Part shown: positions 1 to 9,719 of the stretch, piece after piece
Numbering within the stretch: the stretch's first letter is position 1
Layout: every line of letters begins with the position of its first letter
Origin: a virus
Length of the DNA: 64,000 nucleotides
Reading direction: 5' to 3' (one strand)
IMG/VR virus record: IMGVR_UViG_3300044797_000185
Coordinates: 53,837-117,836 of that record
Translations under genes and position numbers: made by a program
Notes under the pieces: model-generated
Database searches by the model: none
Told to the model about the DNA's origin: nothing
The model's input: only the letters and a program-made list of their open reading frames with translations

Positions 1-1
1 A

Positions 2-1570
2 AATTTTGGTGTTCAGTTTAATTTTCCTAAACCAAATAGTATGCAGTACGTAGATTATCGGTGGATTTTGATGAATTTGTATCTAGCTTCTTTAGTAGGC
101 AGTACAAATGAAGCTATCATACTAACAGTTCAATCTTTTACGGGTGTTCCTCCTGCAATTACAAATATTCGTGATATCAATAACTTTATTTTAACCACAA
201 CTCAAGATGCTCCTATTACACAAGTTCTTAATACGGCCACTATCGTATCTGTTATAGACGGTACACATTTATTAGTCAACAGCACAGTAGGATGGGTTTC
301 TGGGGTTGCTTCAGATACAACAGCTTCTATTCCTTTTACAGTAGTCGAAGTAGAGGATGGTGTTCACCTAGTAGTTAATAGTACAGCTGGTATGACCGCA
401 GGTGATACAATCGTTGAATCTGTTTTTTATACTTCTTCTCCATTCATTGATTCCACCCTAGTTGTTCAAGATGTTACTCCTAGTTCCCCTGTTTCTCCTC
501 TTTTGACAGCTTCTACCTATGCTGTTTTGGGTGCTTCCACTGTTACAAATACTGGTAATAGTGTCCTTACGGGAAATTTAGGACTTTATCCAGGTACATC
601 TGTCACTGGTTTTCCTCCTGGTACATTCACTGGTACAGAGAACATAAATAACGCAGCAGCCCATACCGCTCAAAATGATGCTATAGCAGCTTACACTACG
701 TTTGCATCTATGGGAGGCGCAACTGTTCTAACTGGAGATTTGGGAGGAAAAACTCTTCTACCTGGACTTTATAAATATAGTAGTTCAGCAGGACTTACAG
801 GAACTCTTACTTTAGATGCCGCTGGTAATGCTGGAGCTAAATGGATTTTTCAAATTGGTAGCACACTTACTACAGCTAGTAGTTCATCAATTGTTGTTAT
901 TAATGGTGGAAGTGCTGGTAACGTTTATTGGCAAGTTGGTAGCTCCGCTACCCTTGGAACAACAACAGCATTTAAAGGAACTATCATTGCTCAAGCAAGT
1001 ATTACGGCTACAACAAGTGCAGTTATTAATGGTGGACTTATTGCCCTTACTGGAGCAGTAACATTAGACACAAATACAGTAACAGTTGTTCCTGGAACAT
1101 CTTCATCAGGTCTTATAGTTCCTCCTAGTGCTTATGTGACAGATGGAGCATTGGGATATTGGACTATGAGAGTTCCTACTACAGATACTTTACAAGCTAC
1201 CTTTGATACAGGTAGTCCAATTAAAGTATTTGATGCTTTGCAGGGGGCTACAGTGTTATCTGGACTTGTAACTTTTACTAATGGAAATAGTGTTATTTCT
1301 GGCTCAGGAACATTATTTTTATCTCAACTTTCTATTGGGCAAGAAGTTACAGATCCAAATGGAATTTATCTAGGGACAATAGCCCAAATAACTGATAATA
1401 CACATGCTACGTTGTTAGAGCCATGGCCAGGTCCTACCGAGGTCGTTACAGCTTACAGATTACTTTATACTGATACACAACTTCCCGTTCCTGTTCTATG
1501 GGATATACATACATTAGCTTTTGGAGTATTGATTACAATTTTTAATCCAGGAAACTTCCCACTTTTTTAA
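2..1570 (+). CDS. Baseplate wedge-like virion protein with internal ice-binding-like DUF3494 domain (5'-truncated)
   Basis: Frame is open from base 2 (NFGVQFNFPKPNS precedes the Met at 41). About 500-1090 encodes STYAVLGASTVTNTG...GDLGGKTLLPGLY...WIFQIGSTLTTAS...VYWQVGSSATLGT...FKGTIIAQASIT, typical of DUF3494. The N-terminal WILMNLYLASLVGSTNEAI resembles P2 gpI-like wedge proteins (weaker call). Confidence 0.8.
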   Translation, partial: NFGVQFNFPKPNSMQYVDYRWILMNLYLASLVGSTNEAIILTVQSFTGVPPAITNIRDINNFILTTTQDAPITQVLNTATIVSVIDGTHLLVNSTVGWVSGVASDTTASIPFTVVEVEDGVHLVVNSTAGMTAGDTIVESVFYTSSPFIDSTLVVQDVTPSSPVSPLLTASTYAVLGASTVTNTGNSVLTGNLGLYPGTSVTGFPPGTFTGTENINNAAAHTAQNDAIAAYTTFASMGGATVLTGDLGGKTLLPGLYKYSSSAGLTGTLTLDAAGNAGAKWIFQIGSTLTTASSSSIVVINGGSAGNVYWQVGSSATLGTTTAFKGTIIAQASITATTSAVINGGLIALTGAVTLDTNTVTVVPGTSSSGLIVPPSAYVTDGALGYWTMRVPTTDTLQATFDTGSPIKVFDALQGATVLSGLVTFTNGNSVISGSGTLFLSQLSIGQEVTDPNGIYLGTIAQITDNTHATLLEPWPGPTEVVTAYRLLYTDTQLPVPVLWDIHTLAFGVLITIFNPGNFPLF

Positions 1571-1588
1571 ATAACTAGGAGAATTACT

Positions 1589-2047
1589 ATGGCAGAATTA
1601 AATGATTCAATTAAATTAAAAGGTTCAGTGAGAAAGCAATTATTTGATGAAAATGGTATTTGTATTTATGACCATACAGATTCTAATTTAATTGTTACCG
1701 TGGGGCTTAATTATTTAGCCACTTGGCTTGCTGCTTCTTCTCAAGGTGGTCCATTTATGTCTTATATGGGACTTGGAACTGGTACAGCTACTCCTGTCAT
1801 AGGTAATACTGCTTTACAAACACCTCTTCCAACTTATGTTCAAGGTGTGTTGTCAAGCCCTTCAGCTTCTGTATGGCAAAATGTTACTACTTTTCCCGCA
1901 GGTACAAATACTAATTCGGCTATTACTGAGGCAGGATTATTTAGTACAGCTGGTCCAGGAACAATGTTTGCTCGTCAAGTTTTTTCTCCAATTAATAAAG
2001 GATCAGGAAATGCTTTGGTTGTTACATGGCAAGTGACTTACAGTTAA
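1589..2047 (+). CDS. Virion structural protein, tail-fibre/baseplate anchor-like
   Basis: NLIVTVGLN..MGLGTGT..ITEAGLF..MFARQVF..INK pattern seen in tail fibre N-terminal anchor domains; SD GGAG upstream. Confidence 0.6.
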   Translation: MAELNDSIKLKGSVRKQLFDENGICIYDHTDSNLIVTVGLNYLATWLAASSQGGPFMSYMGLGTGTATPVIGNTALQTPLPTYVQGVLSSPSASVWQNVTTFPAGTNTNSAITEAGLFSTAGPGTMFARQVFSPINKGSGNALVVTWQVTYS

Positions 2048-2064
2048 TAAAATAAAGGTAATTT

Positions 2065-2931
2065 ATGGCAATCACACGAATCCAAGATGCTTCTTCAAGT
2101 GGAGCAGCTTCTACTAAAACTGTAACTATTTCTGCTTCTGGTAGTGGAAATTTACTTGTGGCTATTTTTGTAAATAGGGATCAAAATACGACAGTAACGA
2201 GTATTACGGATAATGCTGGTAATACTTATGCTCAAGCTTCTGGAGCATATGCTACTAATTTTCAAACTACAACAGATATCTGGTATGCAAAAAATTCAGT
2301 TGCGGGAGCAACGACTGTAACCTTTAATTCTACTCCAGCCCCTAGTTTTAATGAGGGTGTTTGTACTATTGTAGAATATTCAGGAGTCGACACTATAACT
2401 CCTATAGATGCTATCGGTTCTACCATAAATGGTGGAGCTTTTACTACACCCGCCTTTACAGCACCAATTATAAATAATAATTCCAATTCAGTTATCCTTT
2501 CAGCAGTTGATGTTTCGGACAATACAATAACTGGTGTAGCCAATGGTTCTTGGGTTGAATTGCCCTCTGTAACTCCTATTGTAGATCATGTCATTGTTGA
2601 ATTTTTCCCAGGAGCTACAGGTACATTTTCAACCAATTGTACACCAAGTGTATCTAATCGTTTTTCATCATCTTCTATAGCTTTTCAACCAGCATCTTCA
2701 ACTTTAACTCTTTCTCTTTCTGATTCCATATCTCTTTCAGATTCACCCGTAATTCCATCTTTTGATATTAGTCAAAGTTTATCCGATAGTGTAGTTGTTT
2801 CAGATTCATTTCCACAATCTTTTTCAGCTCAAAGTGACTTTTTAGCTCCAGTTACTGCCCCAGTAGTTGAGATGTTAGTAAATCAGTTAGTTCCTGCTCA
2901 TGTTAAAACATATTTTAAGATAGTGGAATAA
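2065..2931 (+). CDS. Ser/Thr-rich virion structural protein
   Basis: Beta-rich S/T/A/G composition; lies between tail genes. Confidence 0.5.
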   Translation: MAITRIQDASSSGAASTKTVTISASGSGNLLVAIFVNRDQNTTVTSITDNAGNTYAQASGAYATNFQTTTDIWYAKNSVAGATTVTFNSTPAPSFNEGVCTIVEYSGVDTITPIDAIGSTINGGAFTTPAFTAPIINNNSNSVILSAVDVSDNTITGVANGSWVELPSVTPIVDHVIVEFFPGATGTFSTNCTPSVSNRFSSSSIAFQPASSTLTLSLSDSISLSDSPVIPSFDISQSLSDSVVVSDSFPQSFSAQSDFLAPVTAPVVEMLVNQLVPAHVKTYFKIVE

Positions 2932-2942
2932 AGGAGAAGTTT

Positions 2943-4805
2943 ATGGCATCAGCAATTTTTACAAACGCACAGCGCATAATTGCACAAATTTTTCAATGGT
3001 TGCAGACTAGCGGTCAAACCCGCACCGCAAATCTTATTACAGATACTTTTTCAGCTGGAATAGATAATGCAACAATTTCAGGCGAAGGATTTTTAGTTGT
3101 TCCTGGTACTAATAATACCTCGGCAAATCCTTCTGTTAATGTTACATTAGGAGGTATAGCTTATGATCCTCTAGGGAATAGAATTTTCATAAGTCCATCA
3201 GATACATCTCTTTATAATCCTGCAAATGTTACGGCAACTACTAATGATGGCCTTGGTAATTTCCTTAGTACTCCTCAATCTTCTGGTGTAGTAAATATCC
3301 CTGTTACCCAAACTTCTTTAAACTATCTTTGGATAAATTACTTAGCTACTATTGATACGACTGCCTTTACACTAAATGAAGAAACGAATGCTAAGATTTT
3401 TTATAAACAAACAGATGGGTATAATATTACTGTTACTACAACAAATACTCCTCCTAATGCAAATTCTCTTTTCTTAGCAAGCATAGATATGACAGGAGGT
3501 GGTGCAGTCGCCCCCTCAAATATTTCCCAAGTAGGAAGAACTTATTATGAAATTCTTCCTAACGTTGTTCCCATAACGACTCCATTTAATAATGGGTCAA
3601 ATCGTACTCCTCAATATAATCAAAATACTCGTTATACTTTAGACGCTCATATAAAGTCAATTGGAACTGGGACAGGTATTTCGCCTTTTAACCCACATAA
3701 TATGTCGTTAGCAGATTTGGGTGTATCTACTTTAGATACCGTAGTTGGTCGTAGCCAAATTGAAGGTAATAACAATGTTATTTTAGCAGGAACTGTTGGA
3801 AATCCCTTTCCTACCGCTTCTGCCATGGCACCTAGTATCGCCATTGTAGATCCTGGAAGTGACTTCATCATCATTCAACAGCTTCTTTCATCTGAATTTG
3901 CAATCGTTAATGGAGCCGCTTATAATGTGACTGATATTTTCGGAGCTATTCCAACAAATGCTAATATATTCTTTCCACCCGTATCTGGATTTTATTATGT
4001 TTATTGGGATTCAGTTACAAAAGCTTTTGCAGTATCCACAACAAATATCTCAGCAGATGTTACGAAGCTTTTACTTGCAACTGTTACATACACTGTAAAT
4101 TTTACTCCTGGGTATAATCATCTTTCTGGTTTAACAGATCTTAGACTTATTGGAGGTACAGTTAATCTATTGCAACGTTGGACTACCGCAGGAAGACCTA
4201 CGAATCCATTAGTAGGAGAGTTTGGTTTTAACATTACTTTGGGTACATTTGAATATTGGGATGGAACTGCATGGCAACAAGTCGTTACTGCCTCTTCCAA
4301 TAGTACTGTTCCAACTGGATCATTGTTACCTTTTGCAGGTACTTCTGCCCCCGCTGGGTTCTTATTGGCTAATGGAGCTTCTGTTTCGACAGTTACTTAT
4401 TCAAATTTATTCGCAGTAATTGGATATATTTATGGGGGAGCTGGAGCAAGTTTTAATCTTCCTAATATGGTGAATAATGTTCCTGTTGGTGCAGGTAGTA
4501 TCGCTTCATTAGGAACAACCGTTGGAGCAACAACAGGAGCTGATACAGTTACACCAACACAAGTTCCTCATCAACATGCTACAACCATGGGTCATATAGG
4601 TTCAACTGGATATATAGATAATACAGATCCCTATGGTACTACAAGTCGTAATACAACTATTCAAGAGTTTGCTATGGCTGGATCTGGACCAACAACAGAA
4701 CCTTTTGATTTAACTAGCTCAGTAACACCTGCAATTAACCCTATAACAGTGAATGTACCTATTGTACAACCTTCATTGGGTCTAAATTATATTATTAAAT
4801 ATTAA
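2943..4805 (+). CDS. Tail fibre protein with tail-collar domain
   Basis: C-terminal VPTGSLLPFAGTSAPAGFLLANGASVS..YSNLFAVIG..YGG..FNLPN collar motif. Confidence 0.85.
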   Translation: MASAIFTNAQRIIAQIFQWLQTSGQTRTANLITDTFSAGIDNATISGEGFLVVPGTNNTSANPSVNVTLGGIAYDPLGNRIFISPSDTSLYNPANVTATTNDGLGNFLSTPQSSGVVNIPVTQTSLNYLWINYLATIDTTAFTLNEETNAKIFYKQTDGYNITVTTTNTPPNANSLFLASIDMTGGGAVAPSNISQVGRTYYEILPNVVPITTPFNNGSNRTPQYNQNTRYTLDAHIKSIGTGTGISPFNPHNMSLADLGVSTLDTVVGRSQIEGNNNVILAGTVGNPFPTASAMAPSIAIVDPGSDFIIIQQLLSSEFAIVNGAAYNVTDIFGAIPTNANIFFPPVSGFYYVYWDSVTKAFAVSTTNISADVTKLLLATVTYTVNFTPGYNHLSGLTDLRLIGGTVNLLQRWTTAGRPTNPLVGEFGFNITLGTFEYWDGTAWQQVVTASSNSTVPTGSLLPFAGTSAPAGFLLANGASVSTVTYSNLFAVIGYIYGGAGASFNLPNMVNNVPVGAGSIASLGTTVGATTGADTVTPTQVPHQHATTMGHIGSTGYIDNTDPYGTTSRNTTIQEFAMAGSGPTTEPFDLTSSVTPAINPITVNVPIVQPSLGLNYIIKY

Positions 4806-4844
4806 TAGAATATTTTAATGCATAGATTTAATTGGAGATAGGAT

Positions 4845-5429
4845 ATGAAAAAGATTTGTATAAAGTGTAATATTGAAAAAGATATAGATGAATTTGGTAT
4901 TAGAAAAAATTCTAAAGATGGTCGTCATTATTATTGTAAAGATTGTGCTAATGCTGCAATAGAAAAACATTATGAAGAACATCCAGAAATGCTGGAAGTA
5001 AAGAAACAAAGACGTATAGAATATGTAATTAATAATCCTGAAAAAGTTGCTGAACAAAAATATCGATCTAGGGAGAAACATAGAGTTAAAGAAAATGCAC
5101 AAGCTTTGATTAATAGGCGAACCCTTAGAGGTAGATTTAATACAGGAAGAAATAACAATAAAAGACGTGGAATTCCAAGTAATATAACTTTTGAAGAGTG
5201 GTGTATTTTTGTAGTAAATCCCTGTCATTATTGCACTGGATCATTAGCTGAAACTGGTTTTGGTGTTGATCGAATTGACAGCAATCTTGGGTATGAGCAA
5301 GATAATTTAGTACCTTGTTGTTATATTTGTAATATTATGAAATCCACTCTTTCTACCGAAGAATTTTTTAGACATATAGAGAAAATTAGAAATTGTGTTC
5401 CCTATCAAAAATGGTTACAAAGAAAATAA
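4845..5429 (+). CDS. HNH endonuclease
   Basis: N-terminal CxxC..CxxC; CHYC..GVDRIDSNLGY..NLVPCCYICNIMK. Confidence 0.85.
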   Translation: MKKICIKCNIEKDIDEFGIRKNSKDGRHYYCKDCANAAIEKHYEEHPEMLEVKKQRRIEYVINNPEKVAEQKYRSREKHRVKENAQALINRRTLRGRFNTGRNNNKRRGIPSNITFEEWCIFVVNPCHYCTGSLAETGFGVDRIDSNLGYEQDNLVPCCYICNIMKSTLSTEEFFRHIEKIRNCVPYQKWLQRK

Positions 5430-5431
5430 AT

Positions 5432-6223
5432 ATGATACATCGTTATTCATGGCATCCAGACCTTCCTGATTTCAGAGATTTTAAGTATGCTTTGCATAGA
5501 CTTAAAGTATCTCCTATTCCTGTTGTTCTTCCTATAAAGATTGATCTTCGTTCTTTTTGCTCACCAGTTTTTGATCAAGGTCAGTATGGTTCATGTACTA
5601 GCCAATCTCTTGCGGGGCATTTGGAATTTTTAGAGCTTAAAGAGATTCGAGAGAAAACTGTTGCTCCTGAAGAGTTTGACCCAAATGCATTCACTCTGTT
5701 TAGTCGCTTGTTCATTTACTATAATGAAAGGCTAATAGAAAATACAGTAAATCAGGATAGTGGAGCACAAATCAGGGATGGTATAAAATCTTTGGCACAA
5801 TGGGGAGATTGCAAAGAAGGCAATTGGAGTTATATGCCAGGGAATGTATTTGCTAAACCTTCTGATGTTGCTTATCAAGAAGCTTCAAATCATAAAATCA
5901 GTACTTATATGCGTTTGGAGAGCTTAGAAGATATAAAAAATTGTCTTAACGAAGGCTATCCCGTTTCATTTGGTTTTACCGTATTTGAATCTTTTGAGGG
6001 ACCAACAGTAGCTAATACAGGAATTGTTCCCGTTCCTTCTTTGAATGAAGATATTGAGGGGGGTCATGCAGTTCTAGCTGTTGGATACGATGATGAACAT
6101 AATTGGTTAATAGTGCGTAATTCATGGGGTCCAATATGGGGAGATCGTGGTTATTTCTACCTTCCTTACGAATTTATTAATGATAGAAATCTTAGTGATG
6201 ACTACTGGACTATAAGGCGTTAA
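5432..6223 (+). CDS. Papain-family (C1A) cysteine peptidase
   Basis: DQGQYGSCT (Gln, Cys), GGHAVLAVGY (His), RNSWG (Asn); likely start at MIHRYSW. Confidence 0.95.
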   Translation: MIHRYSWHPDLPDFRDFKYALHRLKVSPIPVVLPIKIDLRSFCSPVFDQGQYGSCTSQSLAGHLEFLELKEIREKTVAPEEFDPNAFTLFSRLFIYYNERLIENTVNQDSGAQIRDGIKSLAQWGDCKEGNWSYMPGNVFAKPSDVAYQEASNHKISTYMRLESLEDIKNCLNEGYPVSFGFTVFESFEGPTVANTGIVPVPSLNEDIEGGHAVLAVGYDDEHNWLIVRNSWGPIWGDRGYFYLPYEFINDRNLSDDYWTIRR

Positions 6224-6226
6224 ATT

Positions 6227-6682
6227 ATGAACTTACAAGATATTTTAAATTTAATTTTAGGTTTTTTTACTTCTACAGGAAGTGCTCCTTCACCTGTTGC
6301 CCCCCTACAAAAAATGATTACAATAAAAAGAAATGATACTTCCCCCGCTGGTATTTTTGGAAGTATTTCTTTAAGTTGGGATTCATGGACTGGGGTATCA
6401 CTTGAAAATATTTCCTTAGCTATTCCTACAGGAATTTATTCTCTTGTGTGGCATGTAAGTCCACATCTTGGCAATGCTACTGTTCCTATGCTCGTCGATG
6501 TTGTTGGTCGTACAGAAATTCTTCTTCATTGGGGGAATGTTGAAAGTTGCTCAGAGGGTTGTATTCTCTGTGGTACTATTCGTGACGGAGATGCTATTGA
6601 TACCACACAAGCAGCTTGTAAAATACTTTTTGCAAAAATTGATGCTGTTGGAATAGAAAACGTAAAAATTACCGTCGAATAG
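6227..6682 (+). CDS. DUF5675 family protein, candidate endolysin
   Basis: TIKR..IFG..SLE..IPTGIY..VVGRTEILLHWGN..SEGCILCG. Confidence 0.75.
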   Translation: MNLQDILNLILGFFTSTGSAPSPVAPLQKMITIKRNDTSPAGIFGSISLSWDSWTGVSLENISLAIPTGIYSLVWHVSPHLGNATVPMLVDVVGRTEILLHWGNVESCSEGCILCGTIRDGDAIDTTQAACKILFAKIDAVGIENVKITVE

Positions 6683-6705
6683 ATACTTACCTACCTTAAT
6701 AAACC

Positions 6706-6734
6706 TTGACAAAGTAATTTCTTTCTGCTATACT
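6706..6734 (+). promoter_or_regulatory. sigma70 promoter, extended -10, leaderless
   Basis: TTGACA-N17-TATACT with TGC before -10; ATG 6741 lies 6 nt after -10. Confidence 0.85.
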
Positions 6735-6740
6735 CTTCCT

Positions 6741-7097
6741 ATGAATCCTCCAAATCTTTTATGTATATCGTGTGAAAATCAACTTTTTCAAGTTGGTCTG
6801 TTGCTTACTACACAAATTGGACCCTTTGTTTGCTGTGATGTATGCAGAGCACTTTACTATATTGATGTTGTTGTAAAACCTGATAATACCTCTTTGATTG
6901 TAATTCAACCAACAAGAATGCCTCCTGAAGAAGAGTTTGATATTATTCGTCATTCAATTTCTAGTACTCCATTAAAAGAATGTTTATTACCTCCAAAAGA
7001 AAGATCTACACCAGTTCAACCACAGGATTTAAAATCAGTAATTACTTCTTCAGTTACTCCCTCAGATCTGATTAGGCGGTTACATGATTCTAAATAA
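6741..7097 (+). CDS. Hypothetical Zn-ribbon protein
   Basis: CxxC...CCxxC; promoter directly upstream. Confidence 0.6.
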   Translation: MNPPNLLCISCENQLFQVGLLLTTQIGPFVCCDVCRALYYIDVVVKPDNTSLIVIQPTRMPPEEEFDIIRHSISSTPLKECLLPPKERSTPVQPQDLKSVITSSVTPSDLIRRLHDSK

Positions 7098-7404
7098 TCT
7101 CAAATGCCATGTTTGCGAAACAAAGAAAGATCATAAATTTTCTCAATGCTTGAGTTCTGATTGCCAGTGTCAATGCGTGAAAGAAATTTATACAATGAGT
7201 CCGAATGCACAGGAAGATAAAATTACACAAGAGCATCCTTTGTTTTTGAATGTCTCCCCTCCTGAAGTAATAAAGTTGCGAAATAGGGATGGAGAGATTG
7301 CTAAATTTAACAAGATTGATAAGACAAGATGGATAGACGAAACAAAAGAAGATAAACGAAAAAAGAAAAGTAACGGTTTAGATTATTGGGGCGATAAGAT
7401 ATAA
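7084..7404 (+). CDS. Cys-rich hypothetical protein, paralog of 17110-17430
   Basis: CHVC..HKF..C..DCQCQC. Confidence 0.6.
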   Translation: MILNNLKCHVCETKKDHKFSQCLSSDCQCQCVKEIYTMSPNAQEDKITQEHPLFLNVSPPEVIKLRNRDGEIAKFNKIDKTRWIDETKEDKRKKKSNGLDYWGDKI

Positions 7405-7407
7405 AGA

Positions 7408-8184
7408 ATGATTTTTTTAAAAAATTCGGAGCATATAGAGTCAATTAAGAAAGCTGGAACAATCTTATCGGATTGTCTCAGCTTTTTGTCATTACAGGTC
7501 AAACCTGGAGTAACAGGTTTGCAGCTTGATAAGTTGGCTGAAGATTTTATTAGGGCTCAAGGAGGAATTCCTACTTGCCTTAATTATAGAGGTTTTCCCA
7601 ATAGCGTTTGTATTTCTGTTAATTCAGGAGCTGTTCATTGTATTCCTAATAATAAAACTATTAAAGAAGGGGATGTTGTAAAATTGGATTTAGTAGTTAA
7701 CTATAAAGGATGGAATGCTGATAGTGCACTCACAGTTCTTGTGCCCCCTGTCCAATCTGAGGTAAGAAAGCTTGCAGAAACGACTTACACAGCAATGCTA
7801 TTGGGGGTAGGACAGGCGATTGAAGGAAATAGGGTCTCAGATATCTCTAAAGCTATTTATGAGGCTAGAAACGAATTTGGCGTAATTAAGGAGTTTTGTG
7901 GACATGGAATTGGACGAGATATTCATGAAGCTCCACAAATAAGTAATGTTTCTACTAAAAAAGAGAAGGATGATTTACTTGTAGCTGGCATGGTATTATG
8001 CATTGAGCCAATTATGTGTATTGGAGATCCTTCTATATTTTATGATCCTAAGCAATGGGATACCTGGGTATTATCAGGAAATATAGTTTCGCACTGGGAA
8101 CATACCGTTTTAATTAAACCTAATGGAGAATTACCTGAAATTTTAACTTTGAGAAAGGAGGAAAAACAAAATGGCTGTTTATAA
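7408..8184 (+). CDS. map: Methionine aminopeptidase type I
   Basis: FPNSVCISVN..HCIP, KLD..WNADSA, GHGIG, IEP, HWEHT metal ligands intact. Confidence 0.95.
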   Translation: MIFLKNSEHIESIKKAGTILSDCLSFLSLQVKPGVTGLQLDKLAEDFIRAQGGIPTCLNYRGFPNSVCISVNSGAVHCIPNNKTIKEGDVVKLDLVVNYKGWNADSALTVLVPPVQSEVRKLAETTYTAMLLGVGQAIEGNRVSDISKAIYEARNEFGVIKEFCGHGIGRDIHEAPQISNVSTKKEKDDLLVAGMVLCIEPIMCIGDPSIFYDPKQWDTWVLSGNIVSHWEHTVLIKPNGELPEILTLRKEEKQNGCL

Positions 8185-8905
8185 AGCTAGACAATTTTGC
8201 CCACTGGGGCATAATAAAATTATTGAAGGCAAATTTGAGAATGGACATTGTATAGCTTGTTCTAAGCTTCCTAAAAAACAGATTTGCATACATGGGATTG
8301 ATACATTCATTTGTGGAAGAACTGGCAGGGCATGTAATGAATGCAGAAGAATTGCTGATAGAAAAACTAGGCAGTTTTGCCCCAGAGGACATGATACTTT
8401 TGTAACTGGAAGAAATAAGAGAAATAGAAGATGTCTTGCCTGTGCGAATTTTCCAGGTAAACAATTTTGTGTTCATGGGCATAATACTTGGGTAACAGGT
8501 CGTTATGGAAAACATTGTAAAGTTTGTATAGATATAAAGAATAGAAAGTATGAAAGAATTCAAAGAAAAATAAATATTAATTTTAGAGTAGCTTGTGCTT
8601 TGAGAAATCGTCTTTATTCTGCTTTAAGAGGAAATTGGAAAACTGGTTCTGCAATTAAGGATTTAGGCTGCTCTATGGATTTTTTGATCGCTTATTTGCA
8701 GGAGCAATTCTATGCTGATATGACATGGGACAATTGGGGAACTTATTGGGAGATTGATCATATTGGAGAATTAGCTGATTTTGACTTATCTAAACGAAGC
8801 CAATTGTTAAAGGCAGTTAATTATACAAATTTAAGACCCTTAACAAAACCAGATCATTGGAAGAAGTCAGCCCAAGCTAAAAGAGATCGGAAAAATAAGT
8901 CTTGA
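8171..8905 (+). CDS. HNH-type endonuclease with four N-terminal C-x2-G(H/I) repeats
   Basis: FCPLGH, ICIHGI, FCPRGH, FCVHGH repeats; C-terminal DLGCS..MTWDNWG..WEIDH..YTNLRPL. Confidence 0.75.
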   Translation: MAVYKARQFCPLGHNKIIEGKFENGHCIACSKLPKKQICIHGIDTFICGRTGRACNECRRIADRKTRQFCPRGHDTFVTGRNKRNRRCLACANFPGKQFCVHGHNTWVTGRYGKHCKVCIDIKNRKYERIQRKININFRVACALRNRLYSALRGNWKTGSAIKDLGCSMDFLIAYLQEQFYADMTWDNWGTYWEIDHIGELADFDLSKRSQLLKAVNYTNLRPLTKPDHWKKSAQAKRDRKNKS

Positions 8906-8930
8906 CAAAGTTATCTACTTGTGTTATAAT
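8902..8930 (+). promoter_or_regulatory. sigma70 promoter, extended -10
   Basis: TTGACA-N17-TATAAT, TGT before -10. Confidence 0.85.
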
Positions 8931-8943
8931 AATAGTGTAGCAA

Positions 8944-9615
8944 ATGAAATTAAGGGAGATTATAATGGAACTTTCAAGATTTTACTTTCGCTGTACTTGG
9001 TGTGAACGTGTAGTATCTGTAAATTGTTCTTCTGAAGAAGTTAACGCAGTTATTAAGGCTCCTTGTCCTCTTTGCAATGAAGTGGCATTACGAGTAATGG
9101 GTCGTGTTGAGAAATCTAATATTGTTCGAACATCTGTTAAATCTGCATGTGACGAGAGGTGTACAAACGCTCAGGGACCGCATTGTTCCTGCGAGTGCAG
9201 CCAAGTCAACCACGGAACAAAAAAGCTTATTTCGTTTGACAAAATTGTAGGTAAGCTTTCAGTTGTGAATGCTGAAATGCTTAATAATAACGAGGCATAT
9301 CTTCAGAGGATTAAGAGAATGGCTGAAGCTAAAAATAAAATTAAAGTTAATGTCATTGCCTTTTTGACTTGGAAAAATAAGAAGATTTTAGATTGGTTAA
9401 AACAACCTGGAAATTCTTCTTGGCGACTTGCTTATGAAGAATATCATGCATATCAGGTGTATAAGAAAACTCTTGAAAGAATAGATAAAATTGAAGATTT
9501 AAAAAGTATTCAAAAGAAGATTAATTCCCTTACAGGTCTTATTAAAAAAATTGGGTCCAATCTGGAATATTTAGAAGCTATTTTTGATAAGAAACAGGAA
9601 CAGGTAAAAGTATAA
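8944..9615 (+). CDS. Cys-rich hypothetical protein
   Basis: CTWC, CPLC and CDERCTNAQGPHCSCEC..NHG motifs. Confidence 0.65.
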   Translation: MKLREIIMELSRFYFRCTWCERVVSVNCSSEEVNAVIKAPCPLCNEVALRVMGRVEKSNIVRTSVKSACDERCTNAQGPHCSCECSQVNHGTKKLISFDKIVGKLSVVNAEMLNNNEAYLQRIKRMAEAKNKIKVNVIAFLTWKNKKILDWLKQPGNSSWRLAYEEYHAYQVYKKTLERIDKIEDLKSIQKKINSLTGLIKKIGSNLEYLEAIFDKKQEQVKV

Positions 9616-9719
9616 TAAAAATTGGTTCTATTGAAAGTACTCTTACAGCCTATTTATAAAGTAGATAAGTATAAATAAAATAAATAGGCTTAAAAAGCAT
9701 AATTTCAAGGAGAATTAAA

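Noticed and set aside
9647-9690. 11-bp inverted repeat AGCCTATTTAT/ATAAATAGGCT upstream of an HNH gene
   Set aside because: Very AT-rich, single occurrence, no function supportable
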